Shown here piece by piece: positions 20,345 through 30,979 of a stretch of DNA of 64,000 bases. Every line of letters starts with the position of its first letter. Position 1 is the stretch's first letter. Source of the stretch: an uncultured Clostridia bacterium (GTDB taxonomy: Bacteria; Bacillota; Clostridia; Lachnospirales; CAMZNU01); contig CAMZNU010000002.1 of NCBI GenBank assembly GCA_947313885.1, positions 4,321-68,320 on the forward strand. The letters run 5' to 3'. The notes under the pieces are model-generated. The model was not told the origin of the DNA. It ran no database searches and saw nothing but the letters and a program-made list of their open reading frames with translations. Both the position numbers and the translations under genes were made by a program.

Positions 20345-21139
20345 ATGAAAAAAATAAAATTGTATGGTTTTAACAATTTAACAAAAACCTTAAGCTTTAA
20401 TATTTACGACGTATGCTATGCAAAAACAGAGGTAGAAAAAGAAGAATATATTAAATATATTGATGAACAATATAATTCAAATAGATTAACAAAAATTTTA
20501 TATGATGTAACAGAAATTATAGGTGCATGTGTTTTAAATGTATCAAAACAAGACTATGAGCCACAAGGAGCTAGTGTAAACATATTAATAAGTGAAGAGA
20601 TGATAGAAGAACATTTAATAGATGAGTCTTGCAATTTAGGGAAAAGTATAGAGAAAGATAGTTTAATGGGACACTTAGATAAAAGCCATTTAACAGTACA
20701 TACATATCCAGAGTCGCACCCAGAACATAGCATTTCAACATTTCGAGTAGACATAGATGTATCTACCTGTGGTACTATTTCGCCATTAAAAGCACTTAAC
20801 TATTTAATTAGTAGTTTTGATTCGGACATAATAACATTAGATTATAGAGTGCGAGGGTTTACGAGAGAGTTGGATAGTAAAAAATGTTTTATAGATCATA
20901 AAATAAATTCAATTCAAAATTATATAAATAAAGATAAGTTGTTAGAATACAACTCTATCGATGTAAATATATTTCAATCAAATATTTTCCATACAAAAAT
21001 GATGAAGAGGAATTTAGAATTAGAAGATTATATATTTAACAAAAAGGTAAAAGATATAAATAAAGATAAGCAAAAAATAATATTAAATAAGTTAGAACGA
21101 GAAATGTTGGAGATATTTAATGGTAGCAATATTTATTAG
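20345..21139 (+). CDS. speD: S-adenosylmethionine decarboxylase proenzyme (E. coli SpeD type)
   Basis: [28 protein letters not shown] closely parallels E. coli SpeD. HLDKSH self-cleavage serine region present. Confidence 0.9.
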   Translation: MKKIKLYGFNNLTKTLSFNIYDVCYAKTEVEKEEYIKYIDEQYNSNRLTKILYDVTEIIGACVLNVSKQDYEPQGASVNILISEEMIEEHLIDESCNLGKSIEKDSLMGHLDKSHLTVHTYPESHPEHSISTFRVDIDVSTCGTISPLKALNYLISSFDSDIITLDYRVRGFTRELDSKKCFIDHKINSIQNYINKDKLLEYNSIDVNIFQSNIFHTKMMKRNLELEDYIFNKKVKDINKDKQKIILNKLEREMLEIFNGSNIY

Positions 21140-21148
21140 AGGTTAATT

Positions 21149-22606
21149 ATGGATATAGAAAGACAAAAGGAAACACCGCTAGTAGAGGCACTAAAAATAT
21201 ATAAGAAAAGCAGAATAGTATCTTTTGATGTTCCAGGTCATAAACAGGGTAAAAGTTTTAAAGGGTTAACAGATTTTTTTGGAGAGGATTGCATTAAAGT
21301 TGATGTTAACTCTATGAAACCTTTAGACAACTTAGCAAATCCTACGTCTGTAATTAAAAAAAGCGAGGAATTAATGGCAGAAGCATTTAATGTAAGTAAA
21401 GCTTTTTTTATGGTAGGTGGAACTACATCGTCAGTACAAGCTATGTTAATGTCAACATTAAAAGAAGGGGACAAAATAATATTACCAAGAAATGTACATA
21501 GATCCGCAATAAATGCCTTAATATTAATAGGTGCAATTCCAATATATATTAATCCAGGCGTAGAAAAAAATATAGGAATAGCATTAGGTATGAAAACAGA
21601 AGATATAATAGATGCTATGGATAATAATGAGGGGGTAAAATGTGTATTTGTAAACAACCCGACTTATTATGGAATATGTTCGGATTTAAAAACGATAATT
21701 GAAGAGGCACATAAAAGGGAAGTATTAGTTTTATGCGATGAAGCACATGGAACTCATTTTTATTTTAATGACAGGTTGCCAAAAGGTGGTATGGAGTTAG
21801 GTGCTGATATGGCTAGTGTTAGCATGCATAAAACAGGTGGGTCATTAACACAAAGCTCAGCATTATTAGTAAATGCTAAGAGGATAAATTCGAATTATGT
21901 AAGAACGGTGATAAATATAACGCAAACGACAAGTGCATCCTATTTATTAATGGCATCATTGGATATAGCAAGAAAAAATTTAAGTTTAGAAGGCGAAAAA
22001 ACTTTTAATAAAGTGTTAGATTTATGCGATTATGCTAGAAAAGAAATAAATAAAATTGAAGGCTATTATGCATTTTCAAAAGAATTAATAAATAATAAAA
22101 ATGTATTCGATTTTGATGAAACAAAGTTGTGTGTCAACACAAAAAATATAGGTCTTGCAGGAATTGAAGTATATGATTGTTTAAGAGATGATTATGAAAT
22201 ACAAATAGAGTTTGGAGATATAAGTAATATACTAGCAATAGTATCGGTAGGAGATAATGAGTTTACTATAGAGAGGTTAGTTGCGTCATTAGGAGAAATC
22301 AAAAGACGTAAAGAAAAAAAAGAACAAGGAGATTTTATTTTTGAGTATATAGAACCCGTTGTAGTAACGACACCTAAATATGCATTCTATGCAGAGCAAA
22401 AAACTGTTGAAATAAAAAAGTCAAAAGGGTTAGTAAGTGGGGAATTTATAATGGCATATCCACCAGGGATACCTATATTAGCACCAGGAGAAAGAATAAC
22501 GGAAGAAGTATTAAACTACGTAGAATATGCAAAGAGAAAAGGAAGTTATTTATTAGGGACAGAAGATATAGAAGTTAATTATATAAAAGTATCGGAGGAA
22601 TTATAA
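21149..22606 (+). CDS. speA: PLP-dependent Orn/Lys/Arg decarboxylase, probably arginine decarboxylase
   Basis: 485 aa with SMHKTGGS PLP-lysine motif. The operon also contains agmatinase and spermidine synthase. Confidence 0.75.
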   Translation: MDIERQKETPLVEALKIYKKSRIVSFDVPGHKQGKSFKGLTDFFGEDCIKVDVNSMKPLDNLANPTSVIKKSEELMAEAFNVSKAFFMVGGTTSSVQAMLMSTLKEGDKIILPRNVHRSAINALILIGAIPIYINPGVEKNIGIALGMKTEDIIDAMDNNEGVKCVFVNNPTYYGICSDLKTIIEEAHKREVLVLCDEAHGTHFYFNDRLPKGGMELGADMASVSMHKTGGSLTQSSALLVNAKRINSNYVRTVINITQTTSASYLLMASLDIARKNLSLEGEKTFNKVLDLCDYARKEINKIEGYYAFSKELINNKNVFDFDETKLCVNTKNIGLAGIEVYDCLRDDYEIQIEFGDISNILAIVSVGDNEFTIERLVASLGEIKRRKEKKEQGDFIFEYIEPVVVTTPKYAFYAEQKTVEIKKSKGLVSGEFIMAYPPGIPILAPGERITEEVLNYVEYAKRKGSYLLGTEDIEVNYIKVSEEL

Positions 22607-23454
22607 TGGAGTTATGGTACACAGAGAATCATACAGACGAAGTAAAATTTTCTATTAAGGTTGAGGAACACTTATATAGCAATCAAAGTAAGTTTCAAAA
22701 AATAGATGTATTTAAATCAAATGAATTTGGAACATTTTTCACGTTAGATGGACTTATGATGGTTACAGAAAAAGATGAGTTTATATATCACGATATGATA
22801 GTACATACAGCGCTTGCAACAAACCCGAATATAAAAAAAGTTTTAGTAATAGGAGCGGGAGATGGAGGAACAATAAGAGAATTAACACGATACAAAACAA
22901 TTGAAAAAATAGATTTAGTAGAAATCGATGAGGAAGTAGTAACAGTGTGCCAAAAGTTTTTACCACAAACATCAGAAAAATTAGAAGATGAAAGAGTTTC
23001 AATGTATTTTGAAGATGGTTTAAAATTTGTAAGAATGACAGAAAAAAAATATGATTTAATAATTGTAGATTCAACAGATCCATTTGGACCAGGTGAGGGG
23101 TTATTTACGGCGGAGTTTTATGGAAATTGTTATAAAGCGTTAAGCGGCGAGGGTATATTAATAAACCAACACGAATCACCGTATTATGATGAATTTGCAA
23201 ATAATATGAAAAGAGCACATAAAAGAATAAAAGAAATATTTCCTATATGCAGTGTATATCAAGCGCATATACCAACGTATCCATCAGGACATTGGTTATT
23301 TGGGTTTGCATCAAAAAAACATGATCCAATTAAAGATTTAAAAAAAGAAGAGTGGAATAAGTTAGGTTTAAAGACAAAATATTATAATACAGATTTACAT
23401 GTAGGATGTTTTGCACTACCAAACTATGTAAAGGAAATGTTAAACAATGTTTAA
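22606..23454 (+). CDS. speE: Spermidine synthase
   Basis: VIGAGDGGTIREL and DSTDPFGP motifs. Confidence 0.92.
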   Translation: MELWYTENHTDEVKFSIKVEEHLYSNQSKFQKIDVFKSNEFGTFFTLDGLMMVTEKDEFIYHDMIVHTALATNPNIKKVLVIGAGDGGTIRELTRYKTIEKIDLVEIDEEVVTVCQKFLPQTSEKLEDERVSMYFEDGLKFVRMTEKKYDLIIVDSTDPFGPGEGLFTAEFYGNCYKALSGEGILINQHESPYYDEFANNMKRAHKRIKEIFPICSVYQAHIPTYPSGHWLFGFASKKHDPIKDLKKEEWNKLGLKTKYYNTDLHVGCFALPNYVKEMLNNV

Positions 23455-24292
23455 AAATAATAGATTAAATTTTATAGGATGCGACAATAAATTTGAAGAA
23501 AGTGATATAGTGCTATTTGGTGCGCCGTTTGATGGGACTACATCATTTAGACCAGGGGCAAGATTTGCAAGCAATGCAATACGAGTAGAATCAGAGGGGA
23601 TAGAAACATACAGCCCATATCAAGAAAAAGATATAGAAAATAAAAAAATATATGATAATGGGGATTTAGAATTTCCATTTGGAAACGTACATAAAACGAT
23701 GGATATAATATATAGAAGAACAAAACAAATTTTAGACTATGGTAAAATACCAGTAATGATAGGCGGGGAACATTTAGTATCATACGGTACAGTAAAAGCT
23801 ATAAAAGAAAAATATGAAGACATATATATACTACATTTTGATGCTCATGCAGATTTAAGAGAAAATTATTTAGGTGAAGACTATTCCCATGCAACAGTGA
23901 TGAGAAGAATATTTGACATAGTAGGAAAAAATAAAATATATCAGTTAGGGATAAGATCAGGAACAAAAGATGAATTTGATTTCGCTAAAAAAAATACGAA
24001 TATGTGTAAATTCGATCTAGATAAAATAGATGAATATGTAGATAAATTAAAAGGGAAAAATGTTTATGTGACGATAGATTTAGATGTTTTAGATCCATCA
24101 ATTTTTTCAGGAACAGGAACACCAGAAGCGGGTGGTGTTAATTTTAAAACACTTTTAGATGCGGTATTAAAACTTAAAAATATAAATATTGTTGGTGCGG
24201 ACATAAATGAATTATCACCAATGTATGATAATAGTGGAGTGTCTACAGCAGTAGCTTGTAAAATTTTAAGAGAATTATTGTTAGTAGTCTAA
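23447..24292 (+). CDS. speB: Agmatinase
   Basis: Ureohydrolase Mn-binding motifs GGEH, HFDAHADL, DLDVLDP. Confidence 0.9.
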   Translation: MFKNNRLNFIGCDNKFEESDIVLFGAPFDGTTSFRPGARFASNAIRVESEGIETYSPYQEKDIENKKIYDNGDLEFPFGNVHKTMDIIYRRTKQILDYGKIPVMIGGEHLVSYGTVKAIKEKYEDIYILHFDAHADLRENYLGEDYSHATVMRRIFDIVGKNKIYQLGIRSGTKDEFDFAKKNTNMCKFDLDKIDEYVDKLKGKNVYVTIDLDVLDPSIFSGTGTPEAGGVNFKTLLDAVLKLKNINIVGADINELSPMYDNSGVSTAVACKILRELLLVV

Positions 24293-24398
24293 AGACAGCT
24301 TATTGTTGAAAGTAAATAGTTGAAATATTAGACAAAAGTATAATCATAAAAAGATGCCTTAAATCATATATATACATATAACGATTTAAGGAGGTTTA

Positions 24399-24662
24399 AT
24401 GTTGAAACCTTATATAGAAAAAAGAGCAGTAGATGTAGCGAAGTTTATTATTTCGGAAAAAGCTACAGTAAGAGAGTCGGCACGAAAATTTGGAATAAGT
24501 AAAAGTACTGTACATAAAGACGTAACAGAACGTTTAATAAAGATAAATCCAAACTTAGCAATGAATGCGAGAAAAGTTTTAGAAGTTAACAAATCAGAAA
24601 GACATATCAGAGGTGGCATAGCAACTAAAGAAAAATATTTAACCAATAAGATTTTAAAATAA
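24399..24662 (+). CDS. spoIIID: Stage III sporulation protein D (HTH regulator)
   Basis: 87 aa. ..TVRESARKFGISKSTVHKDVTERL..RHIRGG.ATK parallels B. subtilis SpoIIID. Confidence 0.9.
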   Translation: MLKPYIEKRAVDVAKFIISEKATVRESARKFGISKSTVHKDVTERLIKINPNLAMNARKVLEVNKSERHIRGGIATKEKYLTNKILK

Positions 24663-24966
24663 AAAATAAAAACCTGTGGAATAGACTTTAAAGGTCGTCT
24701 AACTATGGGTTTTATTTTATGTATAGACAATAGTCTAAAGGTATATGAAAAATAAATTTGGAAAAGATAATATAAGAGAGAAATTTACATGAGTTATATA
24801 ATTTAAAACTGTTAAAACAGAAACAGAAAAATCAAGCTTTCTATTTATAAAAATTAAACTTTTATAATATTATCACTATAAAAAACAAATAAAGAGTATT
24901 ATAAATTTATTTTTTTTTGTATAATGATAGTTAAAATAAAACAAATACAAAATAAATAGGTGAAAT

Positions 24967-25671
24967 ATGAAAAAAGAAAAAATTAGGCATATAGCGATTA
25001 TAATGGATGGTAATGGTAGGTGGGCGAAAAAAAGATTGTTGCCAAATAAGTTAGGTCATCGTGAGGGAGCAAAAGTTTTAAAAAAAATAACAGAGTATTG
25101 TGATGAAATAGGGTTACAATATTTAACAGTGTATGCATTTTCAACGGAAAATTGGAATAGAAGCGAAAAAGAGGTAGATGATTTAATGGCACTTCTAAGT
25201 GAATTTTTAGATGAGTACATAAGTAATAATGATAAAAATAACATTGTTATAAAAGTAATAGGCGATAAAAATAGATTAGAAAAAAGTATTGTAGAAAAAA
25301 TATGTACTATCGAGAAGTTGAGTGAAAATAAAAAAGGGGTACAACTAAATCTGGCTATAAATTATGGAGGAAGGGATGAAATTGTAAGAAGTGTGAAAAA
25401 AATTTGCGAAGATGTATCGAGAGGCAAAGTAAGGGAACGGGAAATAACAGAAAAATTATTTAGTAGTTATTTAGATACAAAAGAAATAATAGATCCAGAA
25501 ATTTTAATAAGAACTAGTGGAGAGAGTAGAGTTAGTAATTTTTTATTGTGGCAAATAGCATATACAGAAATATTTAATATTAAAAAACTATGGCCAGACT
25601 TTAACAAAAAGGATATAGATGAAGTGATAAAAGAGTTTAAAAATAGAAATCGAACATTCGGAGAGAGGTAA
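24967..25671 (+). CDS. uppS: Undecaprenyl diphosphate synthase
   Basis: IAIIMDGNGRWA and RTSGE.R.SNFLLWQ motifs. Confidence 0.93.
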   Translation: MKKEKIRHIAIIMDGNGRWAKKRLLPNKLGHREGAKVLKKITEYCDEIGLQYLTVYAFSTENWNRSEKEVDDLMALLSEFLDEYISNNDKNNIVIKVIGDKNRLEKSIVEKICTIEKLSENKKGVQLNLAINYGGRDEIVRSVKKICEDVSRGKVREREITEKLFSSYLDTKEIIDPEILIRTSGESRVSNFLLWQIAYTEIFNIKKLWPDFNKKDIDEVIKEFKNRNRTFGER

Positions 25672-25673
25672 CT

Positions 25674-26495
25674 ATGAAAACAAGAATAGCAACAGGCATA
25701 ATAGGTGTTCCAATTGTAATAGCATTATTATATTTAGGTGGTAATATATTGCTACTTTCCACATATGTAATATCAATAATTGGTCTTAATGAATTTTTTA
25801 ACGCAACGTCTATAACGAATAGAAGAGGACCAATAATAATATATTTAGGGACTACGGTATATTATTTAAGCCTTTTTACATTAGAAAAAGAGATGATAAC
25901 CCATACTAATTATAATTTATTTATGATAACGCTATTTATAATAATGTTAATTTATTTCGTAGCAAATCATGAGAAAATGAAACTATCTGATTTAGCAATT
26001 AGTATGTTTTCATTTATATATATACCGTTGGTATTTAGCTTAATATATTTAATTAGTGAAATAGATGTGCACAAAGAGTATATATGGTTAATATTTATAC
26101 TAGCATTTGTTAGTGACACAGGTGCATATTTTACAGGTAAAGCTATAGGTAAGCGAAAATTATCACCTAAGTTGAGTCCAAACAAAACGATAGAAGGATC
26201 TATAGGTGGCATAGTAGCAACAGTAGTGAGTGTATATATATATATATTAATATTAAGTGGAGGCGGGATTACTCCAATGGCGTATAGCTTTCGTAAAAAT
26301 ATACTTATAATTTTAATAGGTAGTATAGGTGCAATAATATCACAATTAGGGGATCTAAGTTCATCAGCAATTAAAAGAGAGTACAATATAAAAGATTATG
26401 GAAAAATAATACCAGGACACGGTGGGATTTTAGATAGATTCGATAGTGTATTATTTACGACAATATATATATATATATTAGTGAACATTGTTTAA
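25674..26495 (+). CDS. cdsA: Phosphatidate cytidylyltransferase
   Basis: Signature SAIKREYNIKDYGKIIPGHGGILDRFDS. Polytopic membrane protein. Confidence 0.9.
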   Translation: MKTRIATGIIGVPIVIALLYLGGNILLLSTYVISIIGLNEFFNATSITNRRGPIIIYLGTTVYYLSLFTLEKEMITHTNYNLFMITLFIIMLIYFVANHEKMKLSDLAISMFSFIYIPLVFSLIYLISEIDVHKEYIWLIFILAFVSDTGAYFTGKAIGKRKLSPKLSPNKTIEGSIGGIVATVVSVYIYILILSGGGITPMAYSFRKNILIILIGSIGAIISQLGDLSSSAIKREYNIKDYGKIIPGHGGILDRFDSVLFTTIYIYILVNIV

Positions 26496-26521
26496 ATAAG
26501 TATTTATAAAAGGTGTGTGTA

Positions 26522-27685
26522 ATGTTAAAAATAACAATATTAGGATCAACAGGATCAATAGGACGACAAACATTGGAAGTAATAGATGGTCTAAAGAATA
26601 TAGAAGTTGAAAGTTTAACAACAAATGTAAATATTGAGATTATGTTTAATCAAATAAAAAAATATAAACCATCAATAGTATGTGTAGTTAATGAAAAAAA
26701 GGGAGAAGAATTAAAAACCGAACTAAAGGAAAAAGGAATTGACGTAGAAGTTATAGTTGGAGTGAATGGGTTAGTGAAAGTAGCCACACTAGATAAAATA
26801 ACATTAGTTGTAAATGCAGTAGTTGGTAATGTTGGATTGATACCGACGTTAGAAGGTATTAGAAATAAAAAAAATATTGCATTAGCAAATAAAGAAACTT
26901 TGGTGACGGCAGGAAAAATAGTAATGGAAGAGGCTAAAAAAAATAAAGTATCAATTATGCCAATAGATAGTGAGCATTGTGCTATATATCAATGTTTAGA
27001 AGGTAATAAAAAAAGAGAAGTAGAAAAAATAATATTAACAGCGTCGGGTGGAGCATTTAGAGATAAAACTATAAAAGAGTTAGAAGATGTTACATTAGAT
27101 GAGGCGTTAACACATCCGAATTGGTCGATGGGTAAAAAAATAACTATTGATTCAGCAACTTTGGTGAATAAAGGGTTAGAAGTTATAGAAGCGAAATGGT
27201 TGTTTGATATAGATTTTAAAAATATAGAAGTAGTAATCCATAGACAAAGTATAATACATTCTATGGTTGAGTATGTAGATGGAAGTATAATAGCACAATT
27301 AGGAACATCAGATATGAGAACACCGATACAATATTGTTTAACGTATCCTAAAAGAGTTAAAAACAAGTTTAAAAAATTTAATTTTTGGGAAAATGGGGAA
27401 TTGACGTTTAGTAAACCAGACACAATAAAATTTCCAGGGTTAAAATATGCATTTGATGCTCTAGAAGAAGGTGGACTAATGCCAACGGTATATAATAGTG
27501 CAAATGAGAAAGCTGTTGAATTATTTTTGAGTAATGAGATAAAATTTTTAGATATATATATAATAATATTAGATGCTATGAAAACATATAAAGTTAGAAA
27601 TATTCAAGATTATAAATTAGAAGACATAATAGAAATAGATAATAGTGTTAAAAAGTACGTAGAAAATAAATGGAGGAAAAAATAA
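26522..27685 (+). CDS. dxr: 1-deoxy-D-xylulose-5-phosphate reductoisomerase
   Basis: ILGSTGSIG NADPH-binding site, LANKE, IDSEH, NKGLEVIEA. Start taken at the ATG at 26522 rather than the GTG at 26513. Confidence 0.92.
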   Translation: MLKITILGSTGSIGRQTLEVIDGLKNIEVESLTTNVNIEIMFNQIKKYKPSIVCVVNEKKGEELKTELKEKGIDVEVIVGVNGLVKVATLDKITLVVNAVVGNVGLIPTLEGIRNKKNIALANKETLVTAGKIVMEEAKKNKVSIMPIDSEHCAIYQCLEGNKKREVEKIILTASGGAFRDKTIKELEDVTLDEALTHPNWSMGKKITIDSATLVNKGLEVIEAKWLFDIDFKNIEVVIHRQSIIHSMVEYVDGSIIAQLGTSDMRTPIQYCLTYPKRVKNKFKKFNFWENGELTFSKPDTIKFPGLKYAFDALEEGGLMPTVYNSANEKAVELFLSNEIKFLDIYIIILDAMKTYKVRNIQDYKLEDIIEIDNSVKKYVENKWRKK

Positions 27686-28759
27686 ATGATAGTATCGATA
27701 ATTATATTTTCGCTAGTAATATTAGTTCATGAGTTTGGTCATTTTTATGTAGCGAAAAAGTGTGGCGTGCATGTTGAAGAGTTTGCGATGGGAATGGGAC
27801 GTATAATATTTAAAAAGCAAGGTAAAGAAACTTTATATACTTTGAGAATGTTTCCAATAGGTGGATTTTGTAGAATGCGAGGAGAAGATGAAAATGAGAC
27901 AGAAATAGTAGACGGATCGTTTAATTCAGCAAATGTGTATAGAAGGATAATGATAATAGTTGCTGGGGTTATAAGTAATGTATTACTTGCGATAGTTGGA
28001 TTTACGATAGTTACATTTTATATGGGAACGACTACACTAAAAATTGATAAAACTATAGATGGTTTTCCGATAGAAATGGCGGGACTAAAAAAAGGCGATG
28101 AAATTAAAACATTAAATGGTAAAAAGCTATTAAATTTTAACGATTTAAACTTGAGAATATCAAAGTTAGGCAATAGTGGTGAAAGAAGTGTAAAAATAAA
28201 ATATATAGAAAACGAATCCAAAACAAAAAAAGAGACTACTTTAAATTTGAAATTAGATAAAGAAAGTAATAGATACATTATGGGATTCATACCAGAGTAT
28301 TTAAATGGCAATCTTAATAAGATAGAAGATAATAATATAGGAATGATTAAAAGTATTGACGAAGGATTTAAGTCATCAGCTTTTTACACCAAATATACGA
28401 TATTAGGGTTTAAAGATTTAGTAACCATGAATTTAAAAAAAGATGATTTAGCAGGACCGATAGGCATAGTTAGTGAAATAAGCAATGTATATGATGAAAG
28501 TGTTAAAGTTGGTGGGTTATCATTAGGGGTATTAAGTACAATAAGCTTTGTAGCAATAATAAGTATAAATATAGCGGTATTTAATTTATTACCAATGCCA
28601 GCGTTAGATGGCGGTAGATTAGTATTTTTAATTATAGAGTTAATAGCAGGAAAACAAGTTCCACAAGATAAAGAAGGGCTTATACATTTTATAGGATTTG
28701 TATTTTTGATTTTGTTGGCAGTATATGTTGCATTTAATGACATAATAAAATTATTTTAA
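27686..28759 (+). CDS. rseP: RIP zinc metalloprotease (site-2 protease)
   Basis: HEFGHF, an internal PDZ domain (GLKKGDEI), NLLPMPALDGG. Confidence 0.9.
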   Translation: MIVSIIIFSLVILVHEFGHFYVAKKCGVHVEEFAMGMGRIIFKKQGKETLYTLRMFPIGGFCRMRGEDENETEIVDGSFNSANVYRRIMIIVAGVISNVLLAIVGFTIVTFYMGTTTLKIDKTIDGFPIEMAGLKKGDEIKTLNGKKLLNFNDLNLRISKLGNSGERSVKIKYIENESKTKKETTLNLKLDKESNRYIMGFIPEYLNGNLNKIEDNNIGMIKSIDEGFKSSAFYTKYTILGFKDLVTMNLKKDDLAGPIGIVSEISNVYDESVKVGGLSLGVLSTISFVAIISINIAVFNLLPMPALDGGRLVFLIIELIAGKQVPQDKEGLIHFIGFVFLILLAVYVAFNDIIKLF

Positions 28760-28829
28760 TTAAAACTGTGATCAATGTGTGAGATGAAATAGAAACAAAG
28801 AAGTAACTTTGAAAAAACAGGAGAAAAAA

Positions 28830-30926
28830 ATGGAAGAAGAAATATTAAAAATTTTTAGAGAAGATGAAACATTGAAATTAATGCCATCACAGTTAGCAAC
28901 TAAATTAAATGTAAAAACAAATGAGGAATTCAACAAAGTTATAAAAGAGCTAGGGGCAATGGGAAAAATAGTAATAAGCAAAAAAGGTAAAATAATTTTA
29001 GCGTCTACGGTAGGAATATATCAAGGTGTGCTACAAAGCAACAGCAATGGGTTCGGATTTGTAATAATCGAAGATGAGGAAAATGATATTTTTGTACCAG
29101 CTAGACACTTAAAAGGAGCTATGCACAAAGATGTAGTAATATGCAAAGTTACAAAGGTTAGAAAAAACGGCAAAAAAAGAGAAGGAGAAATAGTTAAAGT
29201 ATTAGAGCAAGGAAAGAAAATATTAGTGGGTACTTTTCAAAAAAATAAAAGTTTTGGATTTGTAATACCAGATGACAGTAAATTTTCAAAAGATATATTT
29301 GTAGCTAAAAAGCATTGTAAAGGTGCGATAACAGGTCATAAGGTGGTAGTAGAAATTGTAAAATCACCAGAAAAAGGTAGCAAACCAGAAGGAATAATTA
29401 AAAGTATATTAGGACACTTAAATGATCCAGGGGTAGATATATTATCTATTGTGCATGATTTAGAAATACCTATAGATTTCCCAAAAGAAGTGTTAGAGGA
29501 AGTAGAGAAAATTGATGATGTAGTAGATAGTAGTAAATATTTAGATAGAACAGACATGCGTGATGTTAAGATGGTTACAATAGATGGCGAAGATGCGAAG
29601 GATTTAGATGATGCAATACATATCAAAAAATTAGAAAATGGTAACTATGAGCTAGGAGTTCACATTGCAGATGTAACTAACTATGTAACAGAAGGTAGCC
29701 ATTTAGATAAAGAGGCAATAAGAAGAGGAACAAGTGTATATTTAGTAGATAGAGTTATACCGATGTTACCACATAAATTATCAAATGGAGTATGTTCATT
29801 AAATGCAGGAGTGGATAGGTTAGCACTTAGCTGTAACATGACAATAGATAAAACAGGTAAAGTAACATCGCACAAAATATATAAATCATTAATAAAAATT
29901 GATAAAAGAATGAGTTATACAGAAGTTAGCGATATATTAACTAACGATAAGTCGGAAATTTTAGAAGAAAATAAAGAATTTGTAAATATGTTTAAAGATA
30001 TGGAACATTTACGAAATATATTAAAAATAAAAAGAGATGATAGAGGTTCAATAGATTTTGATTTTCCAGAAGCTAAAATTATAGTTGATGAAAAAGGTAA
30101 ACCGATAGATATAAAAATTTATGAGAGAAACATAGCAACTAGTATAATAGAAGAATTTATGTTGCTTTGTAACGAAACAGTAGCAGAGGAATTTTATTGG
30201 TTAGGTGTGCCGTTTGTATTTAGAACACATAGCGAACCAGATTCAGAAAATATTGAAAGGTTAAAAGAATTTGTACAAGGTTTTGGATATTACATAAAAG
30301 GTAAAAGTAAACATTCTAAGTCATTACAAACATTGTTAAAAGAAATAAAGGGTAAAGAAGAGGAAAGCGTCATAAGTAGAATAACGTTGAGGAGTATGAA
30401 GCAGGCAAGATATACACCATCTAACGATGGTCATTTTGGACTAGCATCAAAATATTATACACATTTCACGTCACCGATAAGAAGATATCCAGATTTACAA
30501 ATTCATAGAATTATAAAATACGTAATAGAGAAAAAATTTAGCGATGAGAAAAAAGAGAAACTAGACAATGTTATAAGCGATATATGTTTAAGTTGTTCAA
30601 CTAGAGAGAGACGTGCGGAGCAAGCGGAAAGAGAAACGAACAAATTAAAAAAAGTTGAATACATGGTAGACAAAATAGGAGAAAAATTTGAAGGTGTAGT
30701 AAGTTCTATTACATCATGGGGAATATATGTAGAGTTAGAAAACACAGTAGAGGGTATGGTTAGTATAAACTCTATGATAGATGACACCTATGTATATGAT
30801 AGTGATAATATGAAATATTTTGGAACAGAAACAAATAGGGAATATACACTAGGTAAAAAGGTAACTATTAGAGTTGCTAAAGCAAATATAAAAGAAAGAA
30901 CGTTGGATTTTGATTTTGTATTATAA
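28830..30926 (+). CDS. rnr: Ribonuclease R
   Basis: CSD-like N-terminus, RNB core (DGEDAKDLDDA, YTHFTSPIRRYPD), C-terminal S1 domain. Start taken at the ATG at 28830 (aggag RBS) rather than the TTG at 28809. Confidence 0.9.
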   Translation: MEEEILKIFREDETLKLMPSQLATKLNVKTNEEFNKVIKELGAMGKIVISKKGKIILASTVGIYQGVLQSNSNGFGFVIIEDEENDIFVPARHLKGAMHKDVVICKVTKVRKNGKKREGEIVKVLEQGKKILVGTFQKNKSFGFVIPDDSKFSKDIFVAKKHCKGAITGHKVVVEIVKSPEKGSKPEGIIKSILGHLNDPGVDILSIVHDLEIPIDFPKEVLEEVEKIDDVVDSSKYLDRTDMRDVKMVTIDGEDAKDLDDAIHIKKLENGNYELGVHIADVTNYVTEGSHLDKEAIRRGTSVYLVDRVIPMLPHKLSNGVCSLNAGVDRLALSCNMTIDKTGKVTSHKIYKSLIKIDKRMSYTEVSDILTNDKSEILEENKEFVNMFKDMEHLRNILKIKRDDRGSIDFDFPEAKIIVDEKGKPIDIKIYERNIATSIIEEFMLLCNETVAEEFYWLGVPFVFRTHSEPDSENIERLKEFVQGFGYYIKGKSKHSKSLQTLLKEIKGKEEESVISRITLRSMKQARYTPSNDGHFGLASKYYTHFTSPIRRYPDLQIHRIIKYVIEKKFSDEKKEKLDNVISDICLSCSTRERRAEQAERETNKLKKVEYMVDKIGEKFEGVVSSITSWGIYVELENTVEGMVSINSMIDDTYVYDSDNMKYFGTETNREYTLGKKVTIRVAKANIKERTLDFDFVL

Positions 30927-30979
30927 TGGTGAATAAGTTATTAAAGTATATAAATATTATTTAATGAGAGGGAAAATAT

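Noticed and set aside
24320-24348. A promoter for spoIIID: TTGAAA ... TATAAT, or a sigmaE-like ATA-17-CATAaaaa.
   Set aside because: The sigmaA-like hexamers are only 13 nt apart. The sigmaE-like match is partial and, in sequence this AT-rich, not distinguishable from chance.
24663-24720. A terminator hairpin after spoIIID (aaacctgtgg...ctatgggttt).
   Set aside because: The arms pair well only at their outer 5 bp. The inner pairing is poor, so it is not convincing enough to call.
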